Positions 9,208 to 19,470 of a stretch of 64,000 nucleotides of DNA are shown in pieces; the first letter of the stretch is position 1; each line of letters begins with the position of its first letter. A program made the position numbers and the translations under genes. The notes beneath the pieces were generated by a model. The model searched no databases, was not told where the DNA came from, and was given only the letters and a program-made list of their open reading frames with translations. The DNA comes from Cyanobacteria bacterium P01_D01_bin.156 (GTDB taxonomy: Bacteria > Cyanobacteriota > Cyanobacteriia > Phormidesmidales > Phormidesmidaceae): positions 26,264 through 90,263 of the forward strand of contig JBCCQQ010000007.1 in the NCBI GenBank assembly GCA_039024555.1, in the 5' to 3' direction.

Positions 9208-12200
9208 ATGTCACAGCTTACTCATAATTCCTCAGAACAAAACCCTGATAAGCTAGAATCCATTCTTCATATGGATACATCCTTTCAAAATTTAGACCTT
9301 GAACTTAATGAGCTAATCCTCTCTGAGGAAGACATTTGCTTAGATAGGGACGTACCTCAAGGAGATTCTGAAAAACACAGGGTTGAGATATCTAAGGCAC
9401 TTCCGCTAGTAACTCAATCTATACCATTTACAGCAAACCAAGGGAAGCGGCCTTTTGCCATCGCAAATATCATGGCACAGGCCAACACCCTAGAGAACCT
9501 TTATCAAATCACTGTTACGGAACTGCGCAAACAATTCGAAGTTGATAGAGCTGTCATCTATCAATTTCAATCTCCTACCTATGGCACAGTAATCGCTGAA
9601 TCTGTTGCTGCTGCTTATCGACCAGCCTTAGGCCAAACAATGGCAGCTCTTGCCTTCGGCTCCGTTAATATTAAAAGCTACGAGCAACAGCCCGTTGTGA
9701 GTATTTCAGATGCAGCAGAAACTGCCATTAATCCCTACCAAATGCAGCTGTATCAGCATCTACAAGTGCAAGCTGCTTTAACTATACCAGTCTTCCTAAA
9801 GGATGAACTTTGGGGGCTACTTGTGCTTCAATCTTGTTCCACCCCCCGTCAGTGGACTAAGCGCGAAATTAGCTGCTTCTATCAGGTAAGCACTGAGCTA
9901 ACTCTTAAACTGCAAATCCATGAACTAAATAAACAACATCAAAAAGAGGTTGAGGGCGAGCGTTTATTACGTAGAATTATCGAAGAAATAGGTGATTCAG
10001 CTGATACACAACAAATATTTGAATTCACGGCTCGCACGCTCCACCAATATTTGCACACTGATCGAGTTGTAATCTTACAACTTAATTCTGATGAAAATAA
10101 TTACAGCAAGAGTGTTGTAGCTGAATCTGTCAGTGCTAACTTCATTTCCACCCAAGATATATCCCAAAACGAATATTATATCAGCGAGCAGATGAACCAC
10201 GCCTTTGAGCAAGGTGATGTTTGGAAAAGTGCGGATATTTATGAGCAAGGGTTATCCGAGCGTCATCTTGATATGCTAGCGCGTCTGCAGGTGCACGCTA
10301 TGCTGGTAGTACCCCTATTTAAAGCAGGACAATTATGGGGTGTCTGTTATGTTCACCACTGCGTGGCTCCTCGTAATTGGAAAGCAACTGAGATTGCCTT
10401 TGTTCAGAGAGTTGTTGCTCAGTTAAATATGGCTTTACAACAGGCCGATTATATTGAACAAGTTAAGAAAAAAACTCAGCAACTTAAACAAATTGCACAC
10501 CAAGAGCAACTCATTACTAAAATTACCGAACGGCTGCGTAAAACGACAGATCTCTCTAAGACCCTTAGAACCGCCGTTCGAGATATCCGTCATATGCTCA
10601 ATGCAGATCGAGTGGGTCTGTTTCAATTCGATGTTGCTACCAACTATAGCGTCGGTGAATTTGTTGTTGAAGATGTCGCTAAAGATGTGGCTTCGGCAAT
10701 GGCCACTAAGGTTCAAGATCACTGCTTCGCCGAGGGACAGGCAGAAAACTATAGTAAAGGTCGCTACTGGGTCGTTAACGATGTAGAAACGTTAGATTTA
10801 CCCGATTGTTTGGTAGAGCTGCTGTCGCAGCTTCAGGTTCGAGCTAGCCTGGTAGTGCCCTTACTTAAGGGTGATATCCTCTGGGGGCTATTCTGCGTTC
10901 ATCAATGTAATGGACCGCGTCAATGGCAAGATGCAGAAGTAGAATTTGTTCATCGTATCGGCGCTCAGCTCAACTTAGCGCTAAAGCAGGCTGATTATAT
11001 TGAACAAGTTAAGAAGAAGAATCGGCAACTTAAACAAATTGCACACCAAGAGCAACTCATTACTAAAATTACTGAACGGCTGCGTAAAACGACAGATCTC
11101 TCTAAGACCCTTAGAACCACCGTTCGAGATATCCGTCACATGCTCAATGCAGATCGAGTGGGTCTGTTTCAATTCGATGTTGCTACCAACTATAGCGTCG
11201 GTGAATTTGTTGTTGAAGATGTCGCTAAAGATGTGGTTTCGGCAATGGCCACTAAGGTTCAAGATCACTGCTTCGCCGAGGGACAGGCAGAAAACTATAG
11301 TAAAGGTCGCTACTGGGTCGTTAATGATGTAGAGACATTAGATTTACCCGATTGTTTGGTAGAGCTGCTGTCGCAGCTTCAGGTTCGAGCTAGCCTGGTA
11401 GTGCCCTTACTTAAGGGTGATATCCTCTGGGGGCTGTTCTGCGTTCATCAATGTAATGGACCGCGTCAATGGCAAGATGCAGAAGTAGAATTTGTTCACC
11501 GTATCGGCGCTCAGCTCAACCTAGCACTAAAACAGGCTGAATATTTAGACCAATTAAAAGAGAAAAATACAGCATTAAAGGAAACGGCTGCTCGAGAAAA
11601 AGCTTCTAAAGAAGACTTGCAAGAACAAGTCCTGCAGCTACTATTAGAAGTCCGCCCCGCGCTACAAGGAGATTTAACTGTTCGAGCTCCGGTTACAGAA
11701 ACAGAAGTAGGTACCGTCGCTAGTGCCTATAATAATACCTTGCAGAGCCTTCAAGAAATTGTTGTAGAAGTAAAGCAAGCGGCTGAGCAGGTAGGGCAAA
11801 CATCTCAGCTCAGTACGAAGTTTGTTAGCTCATTAAATGCAGAAGCCCAACAACAGGCACATTCGCTGGAAAATACTCTCAAGCATGTGCAAGAAATTAT
11901 GAGCTTTACTGAAACGGTTGTAGGAGATGCGAAACGGGTAGAAGCTGCTGTACAGCAAGCCAATGAAACTGTACAGATCGGAGATACTGCAATGAATCAT
12001 ACAGTGGACGGCATTATTGCTATTCGCTCTACCGTAGCTGACACTAACCAAAGAATTAAACAACTCAGTGAGTCATCGCAGAAAGTTTCTAGAATTGTTA
12101 GTCTAATTGGCAACTTCACGACCCAAACCCAGCTTCTCGCAATGAATGCTTCCATCGAAGCAACTCGAGCGGGTAAGTATGGTCGTGGGTTTGCTGTAGT

Positions 12201-12603
12201 TGCGGATGAAGTCAGGTTTCTGGCTCGACAGTCTGCAGAAGCCGCAACTGAGATTGAGCAACTAGTTCAAGAGATTCAAGTTAACACAGCGGAAGTTTCT
12301 GCAGCTATGGAAACAGGCATCCAACAAGTAGCTACAGGTACCACTCTGGTAAAAGATGCTCGCCAAAACCTAACAGCAATTGTAGAAGCTACGGGGCAGA
12401 TTAGTGGGCTGATTCAAGGTATTACCCACACTACCCATAAGCAGGCTTCAGAATTTAAAGACATTGCTGTAACTGTAACTCAGGCAACTGAGATTGCTAA
12501 TCAAACATCGCATAAATCTGAGCGATTGACTCAATCTCTTCACCAATTGCTATCGACAGCTAAAACTCTACAAGCAGGTACAGATAAATTTAAGGTGGAT
12601 TAA
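9208..12603 (+). CDS. Soluble methyl-accepting chemotaxis protein with four GAF domains (PixJ-like photoreceptor)
   Basis: Four DR....F...W.....E GAF units. GAF3 and GAF4 carry DHCF and PDCL cysteines. A HAMP-like segment ([18 protein letters not shown]) precedes the MCP signature [27 protein letters not shown]. No transmembrane segment is apparent. Confidence 0.92.
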   Translation: MSQLTHNSSEQNPDKLESILHMDTSFQNLDLELNELILSEEDICLDRDVPQGDSEKHRVEISKALPLVTQSIPFTANQGKRPFAIANIMAQANTLENLYQITVTELRKQFEVDRAVIYQFQSPTYGTVIAESVAAAYRPALGQTMAALAFGSVNIKSYEQQPVVSISDAAETAINPYQMQLYQHLQVQAALTIPVFLKDELWGLLVLQSCSTPRQWTKREISCFYQVSTELTLKLQIHELNKQHQKEVEGERLLRRIIEEIGDSADTQQIFEFTARTLHQYLHTDRVVILQLNSDENNYSKSVVAESVSANFISTQDISQNEYYISEQMNHAFEQGDVWKSADIYEQGLSERHLDMLARLQVHAMLVVPLFKAGQLWGVCYVHHCVAPRNWKATEIAFVQRVVAQLNMALQQADYIEQVKKKTQQLKQIAHQEQLITKITERLRKTTDLSKTLRTAVRDIRHMLNADRVGLFQFDVATNYSVGEFVVEDVAKDVASAMATKVQDHCFAEGQAENYSKGRYWVVNDVETLDLPDCLVELLSQLQVRASLVVPLLKGDILWGLFCVHQCNGPRQWQDAEVEFVHRIGAQLNLALKQADYIEQVKKKNRQLKQIAHQEQLITKITERLRKTTDLSKTLRTTVRDIRHMLNADRVGLFQFDVATNYSVGEFVVEDVAKDVVSAMATKVQDHCFAEGQAENYSKGRYWVVNDVETLDLPDCLVELLSQLQVRASLVVPLLKGDILWGLFCVHQCNGPRQWQDAEVEFVHRIGAQLNLALKQAEYLDQLKEKNTALKETAAREKASKEDLQEQVLQLLLEVRPALQGDLTVRAPVTETEVGTVASAYNNTLQSLQEIVVEVKQAAEQVGQTSQLSTKFVSSLNAEAQQQAHSLENTLKHVQEIMSFTETVVGDAKRVEAAVQQANETVQIGDTAMNHTVDGIIAIRSTVADTNQRIKQLSESSQKVSRIVSLIGNFTTQTQLLAMNASIEATRAGKYGRGFAVVADEVRFLARQSAEAATEIEQLVQEIQVNTAEVSAAMETGIQQVATGTTLVKDARQNLTAIVEATGQISGLIQGITHTTHKQASEFKDIAVTVTQATEIANQTSHKSERLTQSLHQLLSTAKTLQAGTDKFKVD
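10441..11532 (+). repeat. Intragenic tandem duplication, 2 x 546 bp (10441-10986 and 10987-11532), each encoding a linker plus CBCR GAF
   Basis: CAGGC(C/T)GATTATATTGAACAAGTTAAGAA recurs at exactly +546. About 15 substitutions counted by eye, mostly synonymous. The shadow ORFs in the track also repeat at +546. Confidence 0.95.
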
Positions 12604-12731
12604 GGCGTAACCCCTCTGCCATAGGTTTTGAATGGAGCTAGTACTTCAAAAAGTATTCGCATTAGCTGTTCGGAATCTGTAAATCATCATGAAAAATCAG
12701 TGTACCTACATATCCATAGGTCTAATGAATT

Positions 12732-15700
12732 ATGTCTTCTGCGTCAGTAATGGCTGTGTCCCAGCAGGTTCCAGAATATTTTCTACAAGAAGCCTCTGAG
12801 CTGCTTCAGCAAATTGATAATGAGTTGCAAACCCTGCGTCAAGCCTTTAGCGTCCAAAAGATGCACCGTTTGATGCGAGCAGCTCATACGCTCAAGGGGG
12901 CAGCCGCCAGCGTTGGTTTGGATGCCATTCAAAAGACGACTCACTCCTTGGAGGATACATTTAAGGCTCTCTGTGCACCAGATAGTATCCTCACATCTAC
13001 TGTTGAAGGACTTATTTTTGATGCTTATGATTGCTTGCAACTGTTGCTTTCAGCTCAGTTAACTAATGCTCAAATTGATGAGTCAGCAGTGTTGGATCGA
13101 ATGGCTAATGTTGTTGTTAGTCTGCAAGAGAATTTAGGCGATCAGTTCGGTCAGGATGGTTACTTACCCACCTCCAGCGAACTTGGTTTTGATATGACTC
13201 AGGCCATTTTCGAGATGGGTGTGGCGCAAAGATTAGAAACTTTAGAAAATGCACTCAAAGTTCCTGAATCCGAACAGTTAACTTCTCTCCTACAATCTCA
13301 AGCAGACGTATTTTTTGGCTTAGCAGAGTCCTTAAATTTGTCTGGTTTTGGTGACATTGCCCAAACTACCATAAAGGCTCTGGAAAATCAGCCAGACAAG
13401 GTAGTTCAAATTGCGACAATCGCTCTGAAAGATTATCGGGCAGCCCAGACTAGCATACTTCAAGGAGATCGTGCTCAGGGTGGTGCCCCAAGCATCGCAC
13501 TCAAAAAACTAGCGCAGCAAGCTTCATCTAAGGTAAAAACAAAAATTTACCAATCAAAAACATTACAAAAAAAAAGTGAAGGGACATTTAAGACTAATTG
13601 GTTTAGAAGAATATGGCTACGGTTTAATAAACCAGTTGATAATACTCCAATAGTTGACAATAGGCTAAATCCCACATCAAAAAGCGACTCTAAAAATCCT
13701 GAAAAAAACTCGACTCTGAGATTTTCTGAACAAGTTAAAAGCACTCAGCTAGTGAGTACTCAGGCATTAGATTTAGGAAATCAGACGGAAACTAAATCAA
13801 CATTATTAGAACCAGCTATATTAAATAATCAACAGAGTGCTAACTCTTTAGAAAAGGCTGTTTTAGAACCCCCTATTAGTCAACTAAATCATGCTCCCAA
13901 AGAAAATATAGAGCTTACCCAAACGATTGCATCAATAAAGGAATCTGAGACATTAAGAGTATCTGTTGACCATCTTGAACGACTGAACCATGTCATTGGA
14001 GAACTTTTAACTCAGCAAAGCCGTCAGACGCTTTACAATCAAAATTTAACAGCTGCAACAAAGACGCTTTTAATTCGCTTGGAACAGCAGCAGAAACAAC
14101 TATATAAACTACAACGCCAAGCTATTCAGCCCTCAACAGGTGGCTTTCTGACGGAGCAAAAAGATACTGATCTCCCGTTTGATGCTTTAGAATTAGAACA
14201 TTACACTCAGCAACAGTTACTTATTCAATCAACCTTAGATACAGTAATTCAGCAGCGGGAAAGTACTGAAACAATTGATGTCTTTCTGCGCCAGAGTTAC
14301 CAAGCCTTAGAAAAGCAACACAGCCTGATTAACGCCTGTCGTGAAACCATGCTGGAAGTGCGCATGCAACCACTTAGTTACCTATTTCAGCGCTTTCATC
14401 AGGTTTTAGATCGATTGTCTGTCCAATATAGTAAACCTATTGATTTACAGATTCAAGGAGGTACTGTCTTTGCTGATAAAACTATTGTTGACAAGCTTTA
14501 CGAACCTCTCCTTCATCTGATACGTAATGCCTTCGATCATGGCATTGAAACACCAGAGATACGCCAACAGCAAAACAAGCCTAATCAGGGGCAGATTAAA
14601 ATTTCTGCTTATCACTTGGGACAACAGCTAGTTATTAAGCTGCAAGATGATGGTAAGGGGTTAAATCTTGAAGCCATTGGTCAAAAAGCTGTTGATAATC
14701 AGCTGATAACACCAACGGAAATACACCAGCTGACATCGAGCCAGATTAGTAATTTTATCTTTGAACCTGAGCTGTCTACTGCATCCCAGATCAATGAACT
14801 TTCAGGACGTGGTGTAGGCCTAGATATTGTTCGAGCTCAGATACAGTCGCTAGGTGGTCAGGTAACCGTCGCCCATCAATCAGGTAAAGGCACGTGCTTT
14901 ACGCTTAAGGTTCCATCCAAATTAACGATTGCCAAGTTGCTCCTCTGTCGGGCAGGACAACAGCTATATGCGTTAATGCCAGATACCGTTAAACAAATTG
15001 TTATACCCACCACGGATCAAATAAAAATATGCAATGACAGAAAAATCTTAAACTTAGTAATTGATGGAAAAAAACAGCGTATTTTTGTCACGTCTTTATC
15101 AGCTACACTAGCCTATAACAATTTGCTTCCTAACCCTTTGGCAACAGAGGCGTCTGAATCTACAGATGCTCATCCGATTATTTTAATTCACCATAGGAAT
15201 CGCCTAGTGGGGCTAGAAATAGAGCAGCTGATGGGTGAGCAAGAGTTAGTTATTCAATCTTTCAACCATTTTGTGAAACTTCCACCTCATATTTGTGGTT
15301 GCAGTGTGCTGCCCGACGGTTCTCTTAGCCTAGTCCTAGACCCTACTTCATTAGTGCTGAGATTTCTTAAGAGGATTTCTCCACACTCAAATCGAGCGCC
15401 CCAGGCTTCGACGCAACTAACTGCTGCTAAAGATCTGCAGGGTTTCTCTCATCTGAAACCTTCTATTCTAGTGGTTGACGATTCTATTACTGTGCGTAAT
15501 ACGTTAACGCAAGAGCTTAACAAGAGCGGGTATCAAGTTCTACAGGCAAAAGACGGCAGCGCAGCCCTAGTACAACTAAAGAGAGCTAAAATTGCTGCAA
15601 TTTTATGTGATCTGGAAATGCCTGGGATGAATGGGTTTGACTTTCTCAAGGTTCGGCAGAAAACACCTGAAATTGCTGCTATTCCTACTATTATGCTAAC

Positions 15701-15839
15701 TTCTCGCACCGGAGATAAGCACAAACAGCTTGCCCATGAGCTTGGCGCTACTGAGTATATGACTAAGCCCTATCTTGTTCCACAGATGTTGCAAACATTA
15801 AGTAATGTCCTACAGACAAAACTTCAAGAAAACTCATGA
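12732..15839 (+). CDS. cheA: CheA-like hybrid histidine kinase (Hpt - His-less Hpt-like - dimerisation - HATPase - CheW - REC), PixL/ChpA-like
   Basis: RAAHTLKG (Hpt His), LHLIRNAFDHGIE, DDGKG, SGRGVGLD, and a receiver VVDDS...CDLEMPGMNG...MTKP. Confidence 0.93.
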   Translation: MSSASVMAVSQQVPEYFLQEASELLQQIDNELQTLRQAFSVQKMHRLMRAAHTLKGAAASVGLDAIQKTTHSLEDTFKALCAPDSILTSTVEGLIFDAYDCLQLLLSAQLTNAQIDESAVLDRMANVVVSLQENLGDQFGQDGYLPTSSELGFDMTQAIFEMGVAQRLETLENALKVPESEQLTSLLQSQADVFFGLAESLNLSGFGDIAQTTIKALENQPDKVVQIATIALKDYRAAQTSILQGDRAQGGAPSIALKKLAQQASSKVKTKIYQSKTLQKKSEGTFKTNWFRRIWLRFNKPVDNTPIVDNRLNPTSKSDSKNPEKNSTLRFSEQVKSTQLVSTQALDLGNQTETKSTLLEPAILNNQQSANSLEKAVLEPPISQLNHAPKENIELTQTIASIKESETLRVSVDHLERLNHVIGELLTQQSRQTLYNQNLTAATKTLLIRLEQQQKQLYKLQRQAIQPSTGGFLTEQKDTDLPFDALELEHYTQQQLLIQSTLDTVIQQRESTETIDVFLRQSYQALEKQHSLINACRETMLEVRMQPLSYLFQRFHQVLDRLSVQYSKPIDLQIQGGTVFADKTIVDKLYEPLLHLIRNAFDHGIETPEIRQQQNKPNQGQIKISAYHLGQQLVIKLQDDGKGLNLEAIGQKAVDNQLITPTEIHQLTSSQISNFIFEPELSTASQINELSGRGVGLDIVRAQIQSLGGQVTVAHQSGKGTCFTLKVPSKLTIAKLLLCRAGQQLYALMPDTVKQIVIPTTDQIKICNDRKILNLVIDGKKQRIFVTSLSATLAYNNLLPNPLATEASESTDAHPIILIHHRNRLVGLEIEQLMGEQELVIQSFNHFVKLPPHICGCSVLPDGSLSLVLDPTSLVLRFLKRISPHSNRAPQASTQLTAAKDLQGFSHLKPSILVVDDSITVRNTLTQELNKSGYQVLQAKDGSAALVQLKRAKIAAILCDLEMPGMNGFDFLKVRQKTPEIAAIPTIMLTSRTGDKHKQLAHELGATEYMTKPYLVPQMLQTLSNVLQTKLQENS

Positions 15840-16303
15840 GTGTAGAAACATCAAAAATCGTAAAATTCATTACCTTTAAAGTCGCTGACTATTGGTTTGT
15901 TCTGCCTATGAAGGCAATTCAAAAGATTGTTCATTGTCCACCTGCTAATGAGGGAGGATTAACGCAGCTGGGTATGGTTCAACTCGGCTGTCATACTGTG
16001 CAGTTGCTAGATTTGTACAGTGTATTTGGACTTGGTGTTGCTGGAAAATTACCGGAGAGTACACCTTTTTTGTTAGTGCTCCGAGGTATCCAAAATACGT
16101 TTTGGGGCATTGCTCTCGAATCACCGCCAGATTTGGTTGAATTACCGCTTAGCGAGTTTCAGACGGTATCAGCCAATCAGCGCTTTGTGCCTAAGAAACA
16201 ATGGATTAGTCATATTGCTATTCTCTCTGAGGCTAAAATTAGTCGCACGTTACTGTTCTTAGATCTACAAGCTGTTTTTCAACCTATGGCCGTTGTGGCG
16301 TGA
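15836..16303 (+). CDS. cheW: Second CheW-like protein
   Basis: KFITFKVADYWFVLPMKAIQKIV...TVQLLDL. ATGA overlap with the cheA stop (translational coupling). Confidence 0.8.
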   Translation: MSVETSKIVKFITFKVADYWFVLPMKAIQKIVHCPPANEGGLTQLGMVQLGCHTVQLLDLYSVFGLGVAGKLPESTPFLLVLRGIQNTFWGIALESPPDLVELPLSEFQTVSANQRFVPKKQWISHIAILSEAKISRTLLFLDLQAVFQPMAVVA

Positions 16304-16323
16304 AGGGATACAGTTGTAACCGG

Positions 16324-17574
16324 TCAGATTTGAGGAGGAACCGTAACTTCAAAGTGAATGTGATTATCATGACCAGCGGCCCTTCTACATAAGCCCTGAG
16401 CTATCAATTCCGGATCGTTGAAATAAAGTGTATTTTTATTGACCCACGGCTGTGCTCGAAGTGCTTCAAGAATTGCTTTGGTAGCTGCTTGATCATAAAC
16501 ACCTTTGGTTCCCCACTCGATCTGTCCAAAGCTACCTCCTAGGCGAGGTAGCGCAATATCTCCAGCATTGCCGGTCTCATGACCATAATGGTCTAAGGTA
16601 TCACCACCCTCAGGCAAACTCACGTCATTAATGGCAATGAGCGCAACATTGGATCGATTTTTGCGATAAGCCAACTCATAATGAATACCCGCTGCACGAA
16701 TAACATTGCTCATCCAATCAATGCCATAGTCATGGTGATCATGTTTTTGCTCAATTACCTCAAAGTTATAAAAGCCGACTCCTCGGCCAGGCATCAACAT
16801 CCATCGAGGAGCATTAGCAGCTTCTAAAAAACGTTGGGTTCTACCGCCTACATCTACACGCCCATCCATACCCTGTACAGAGGTTCTACCAGCCGTAACT
16901 GCCTGAAACAATCGAACGGCTGCCACTAATTTTTCATAGTTTTTGTTGGCAAACGTATATCCCAGAGCAGCTAACCGTTCCCGAACCTGTTGAACATCGT
17001 TAGACCGGTTTGTTCCTCCTGAACCCACGCTAGCGCTCAGGTTTAGCTTTTTAGGCCCTGGATGACTCTCAATATAAGGCGTCACGGTAAGCGTGGTGAT
17101 ATCTGTTGCGCTGCCTACCACTACTCTCAGACGACGAACTTGAGGCTTGGATACAGCAACAAAGACGGATTGGATTAACCAATGTTGCTTATCATTTACT
17201 GTTCCCCTAGCGGCAGGACGTGAGCTGTTGTCTATAAACAACTCTACTGATTTGCCTACTAAGTCTTTACTGGCCGTACCAGCTATCTGATAGGGATGGT
17301 AAATCTTAACCTGACTAGGGGCTTTGGTAATTTTGATGCCTTTGGGTTCAACGGTAGGGGGGACAGGCTCTGGCTCACTGACACCAGTACCTACCGACAC
17401 TAGAAAAAATCCAGGGGGTTCATCTCCAGTGAGCCATTTTTGCAGCTGTTCAGTTCTAAAAAAGGTTTCACCCTCTACCTGACCGGTATGGGGGGTCTTA
17501 TCAATTTTTTGAAGGTAGTAAGCACCATCCATAAGATAGACGGCCTTGTCGGTTTCCTTAATCCAAGTCCCCAT
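16324..17574 (-). CDS. Putative MepA/LAS-type Zn murein endopeptidase with peptidoglycan-binding domain
   Basis: PG-binding-like LSASVGSGGTNRSNDVQQVRERL..LGY...AVRLFQ...DGRVDVGGRT. Catalytic-like DVSLPEGG...HYGHETGNAGD and GHDNHIH. ATG 17574 preferred over GTG 17613. Confidence 0.7.
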   Translation of the reverse strand: MGTWIKETDKAVYLMDGAYYLQKIDKTPHTGQVEGETFFRTEQLQKWLTGDEPPGFFLVSVGTGVSEPEPVPPTVEPKGIKITKAPSQVKIYHPYQIAGTASKDLVGKSVELFIDNSSRPAARGTVNDKQHWLIQSVFVAVSKPQVRRLRVVVGSATDITTLTVTPYIESHPGPKKLNLSASVGSGGTNRSNDVQQVRERLAALGYTFANKNYEKLVAAVRLFQAVTAGRTSVQGMDGRVDVGGRTQRFLEAANAPRWMLMPGRGVGFYNFEVIEQKHDHHDYGIDWMSNVIRAAGIHYELAYRKNRSNVALIAINDVSLPEGGDTLDHYGHETGNAGDIALPRLGGSFGQIEWGTKGVYDQAATKAILEALRAQPWVNKNTLYFNDPELIAQGLCRRAAGHDNHIHFEVTVPPQI

Positions 17575-17636
17575 AATGTCTCCAGTGATATTGGTAGATG
17601 AGCCGCTTGCCACTATTGGGCTAGGATAGCGTACCC

Positions 17637-17848
17637 TCAGCCAAGAGCAAGGGGGATTTCAATGAAAAACTGTGTACCGGTATGGTCGATGAGGTTCACA
17701 CTATATTTTTCCTTAGTGAGTTTCGGTAATAATCTTATAGCTAATAGATAGCCCCAAGCCAGTCCCCTTGCCCAGGACTGATTCATTGTAGGAGCTGAGC
17801 AAATCCTCGTTTGGTTACTTGTTGACTTTGGCAGGAGGGGCAGTCCAT
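17637..17848 (-). pseudogene. Degraded remnant: IS-like Zn-ribbon start joined to a histidine-kinase ATPase C-terminus
   Basis: Minus strand 17848-17783 reads MDCPSCQSQQVTKRGFAQLLQ*. Another frame then reads GKGTGLGLSISYKIITETH*GKI*CE and, after a frameshift, GTQFFIEIPL (HATPase G2 box and C-terminal strand). Confidence 0.6.
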
Positions 17849-18018
17849 TAGCCTGATAACAGTACTCCATCAGGAGTATATCGAGTCCTATGTACAGAAG
17901 ACCAATGCCAAATGTTCTGAATGTGCGTACCCAATGGATGCTATGGGTAGATGGATTATGATTTTGTTGCGAATAGAAAATGTTTAGAAAGTAGCGTCTA
18001 TGTAGAAGAAGCTGGCCT

Positions 18019-19470
18019 CTACTGGGCGGTCCAGAGTTGAGCACTTCGGGGGGTGAGAGTAAAGGTAAATGACTCGCTTGTGATCTCAATGGGGGGAGTT
18101 TTTGTCAAAATATCTTGATAAGGGTGAAACCACTTAAACCTGGATTGAGTGTTTACGGTAATGGTCTTGGGAATACCACATTTATTGATAGCTCCAATGC
18201 CAGCTTGTTCTCGTCGCCATAGCAGCGTGCATGGGTCTGCGTGAAGTATCTCCATGGAAGTGCCTTGCATTTGATTATGGAATCTGATCATATGAATCAT
18301 GCGATCGTGATTCCAAACATTCTGCCAGCGACCATTATCAATCTGGCCAAAGGGTGGAGGTGCCGTAGTGCCATCGTCAAACACCATAGGGGTACCTCCA
18401 TCTCTCCCCATGATGTAGGCATAGGCTAGATCTTCATCAACGGGATCGAATATTAAAGAGCGAAAAGGCTCATTGTAAGGAATATCGTGGGTTGTTACGA
18501 CGGTTACAGCCCGGTGATTCTCCAGGGCATTACCTGTATCGAAGGGATATGCAATATGTGATAGGGGCTGACCATAGCTAAATGCGGTTTTCATGGCATT
18601 TAACAAGGGAAAGTCATAGGCAGCGAACTCTGATGGCAGTTCTTTTAAGTACGGTTCTAAAAACACATTGTAGGCATGGTCGTTGCTTCCCCCTGCAGTA
18701 ATAATCTCTGCAAACACGTGAGAGTTCTTAGCCACATCCTCAGGAATAAAATAGCGAATTGCATCGTTGGGCATATGCTTAGCCGCATCAATGCGAAACC
18801 CTCGCACACCCAGTTCATATAGTGCCTGGACATACTGTTTTCGCTGCTCAAGTACCCAGGTCTCATCAGGTAATGTATCTCTTAAGTCAGGTAATCCTGG
18901 ATCATTGTCTGCGCCACAAATTCGTCCTTGGATAACCTCATTACGGTCGCCGTAGTTGCGAATACAGTAGGGAGAATGAAAATCATGGGAGGAAAACAAC
19001 CCATGCTCCAAGTTTCCATATAACCGTTGCTTTGCCCAATAGTTAGCGTCATTGGCATATTGTTGTAGCGTAGCTTGTCCTGGAAATGTAGTAGATGCGT
19101 CACGCTCGTTGGCCATGTGATTAACAACTACATCGGCATAGGTCCTGACATTGACTTTGGATAAGGCTTCAATCATGGCAATAAAATCCTCTTTATTGCC
19201 ATCACAGTTTTGAATTACCCGTAGGTCTTGTGGTTGATATCGTTGATACCAATAGCATTGGGGGGTAATGGGAGACTTAACAGGAGGCGTGACCAAGACC
19301 GCGCCATAGCCAGCTTCGGCAATTTCTGCCGCTCGAGCAGCTACTGTGTTGTAGCTCCAATCAAACGCATGGAGGATAACGGTGTTTTCCCCGCTAGGTT
19401 GTGGGGGAAACACTAGGGGAATAGATACTGCTATGAGGGCAAGCAAAAAAGTAACTAAAGAGCGAAACAT
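18019..19470 (-). CDS. Secreted alpha-amylase (GH13)
   Basis: Signal-peptide-like N-terminus, VILHAFDW, WYQRYQP, DVVVNHM, GFRIDAAKH (nucleophile Asp), FAEII (Glu), VTTHD (Asp). Confidence 0.9.
   Translation of the reverse strand: MFRSLVTFLLALIAVSIPLVFPPQPSGENTVILHAFDWSYNTVAARAAEIAEAGYGAVLVTPPVKSPITPQCYWYQRYQPQDLRVIQNCDGNKEDFIAMIEALSKVNVRTYADVVVNHMANERDASTTFPGQATLQQYANDANYWAKQRLYGNLEHGLFSSHDFHSPYCIRNYGDRNEVIQGRICGADNDPGLPDLRDTLPDETWVLEQRKQYVQALYELGVRGFRIDAAKHMPNDAIRYFIPEDVAKNSHVFAEIITAGGSNDHAYNVFLEPYLKELPSEFAAYDFPLLNAMKTAFSYGQPLSHIAYPFDTGNALENHRAVTVVTTHDIPYNEPFRSLIFDPVDEDLAYAYIMGRDGGTPMVFDDGTTAPPPFGQIDNGRWQNVWNHDRMIHMIRFHNQMQGTSMEILHADPCTLLWRREQAGIGAINKCGIPKTITVNTQSRFKWFHPYQDILTKTPPIEITSESFTFTLTPRSAQLWTAQ

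Noticed and set aside
10435-11332. Pairs of near-identical small ORFs (10435/10981 on minus, 10454/11000 on plus)
   Set aside because: They are shadow frames of the 546-bp GAF duplication inside the MCP gene, not a repeat-gene family or CRISPR-like array.
17637-18089. 150-aa minus-strand ORF in the track
   Set aside because: It overlaps the amylase 3' end out of frame and reads through two unrelated decayed fragments. Treated as a pseudogene remnant.
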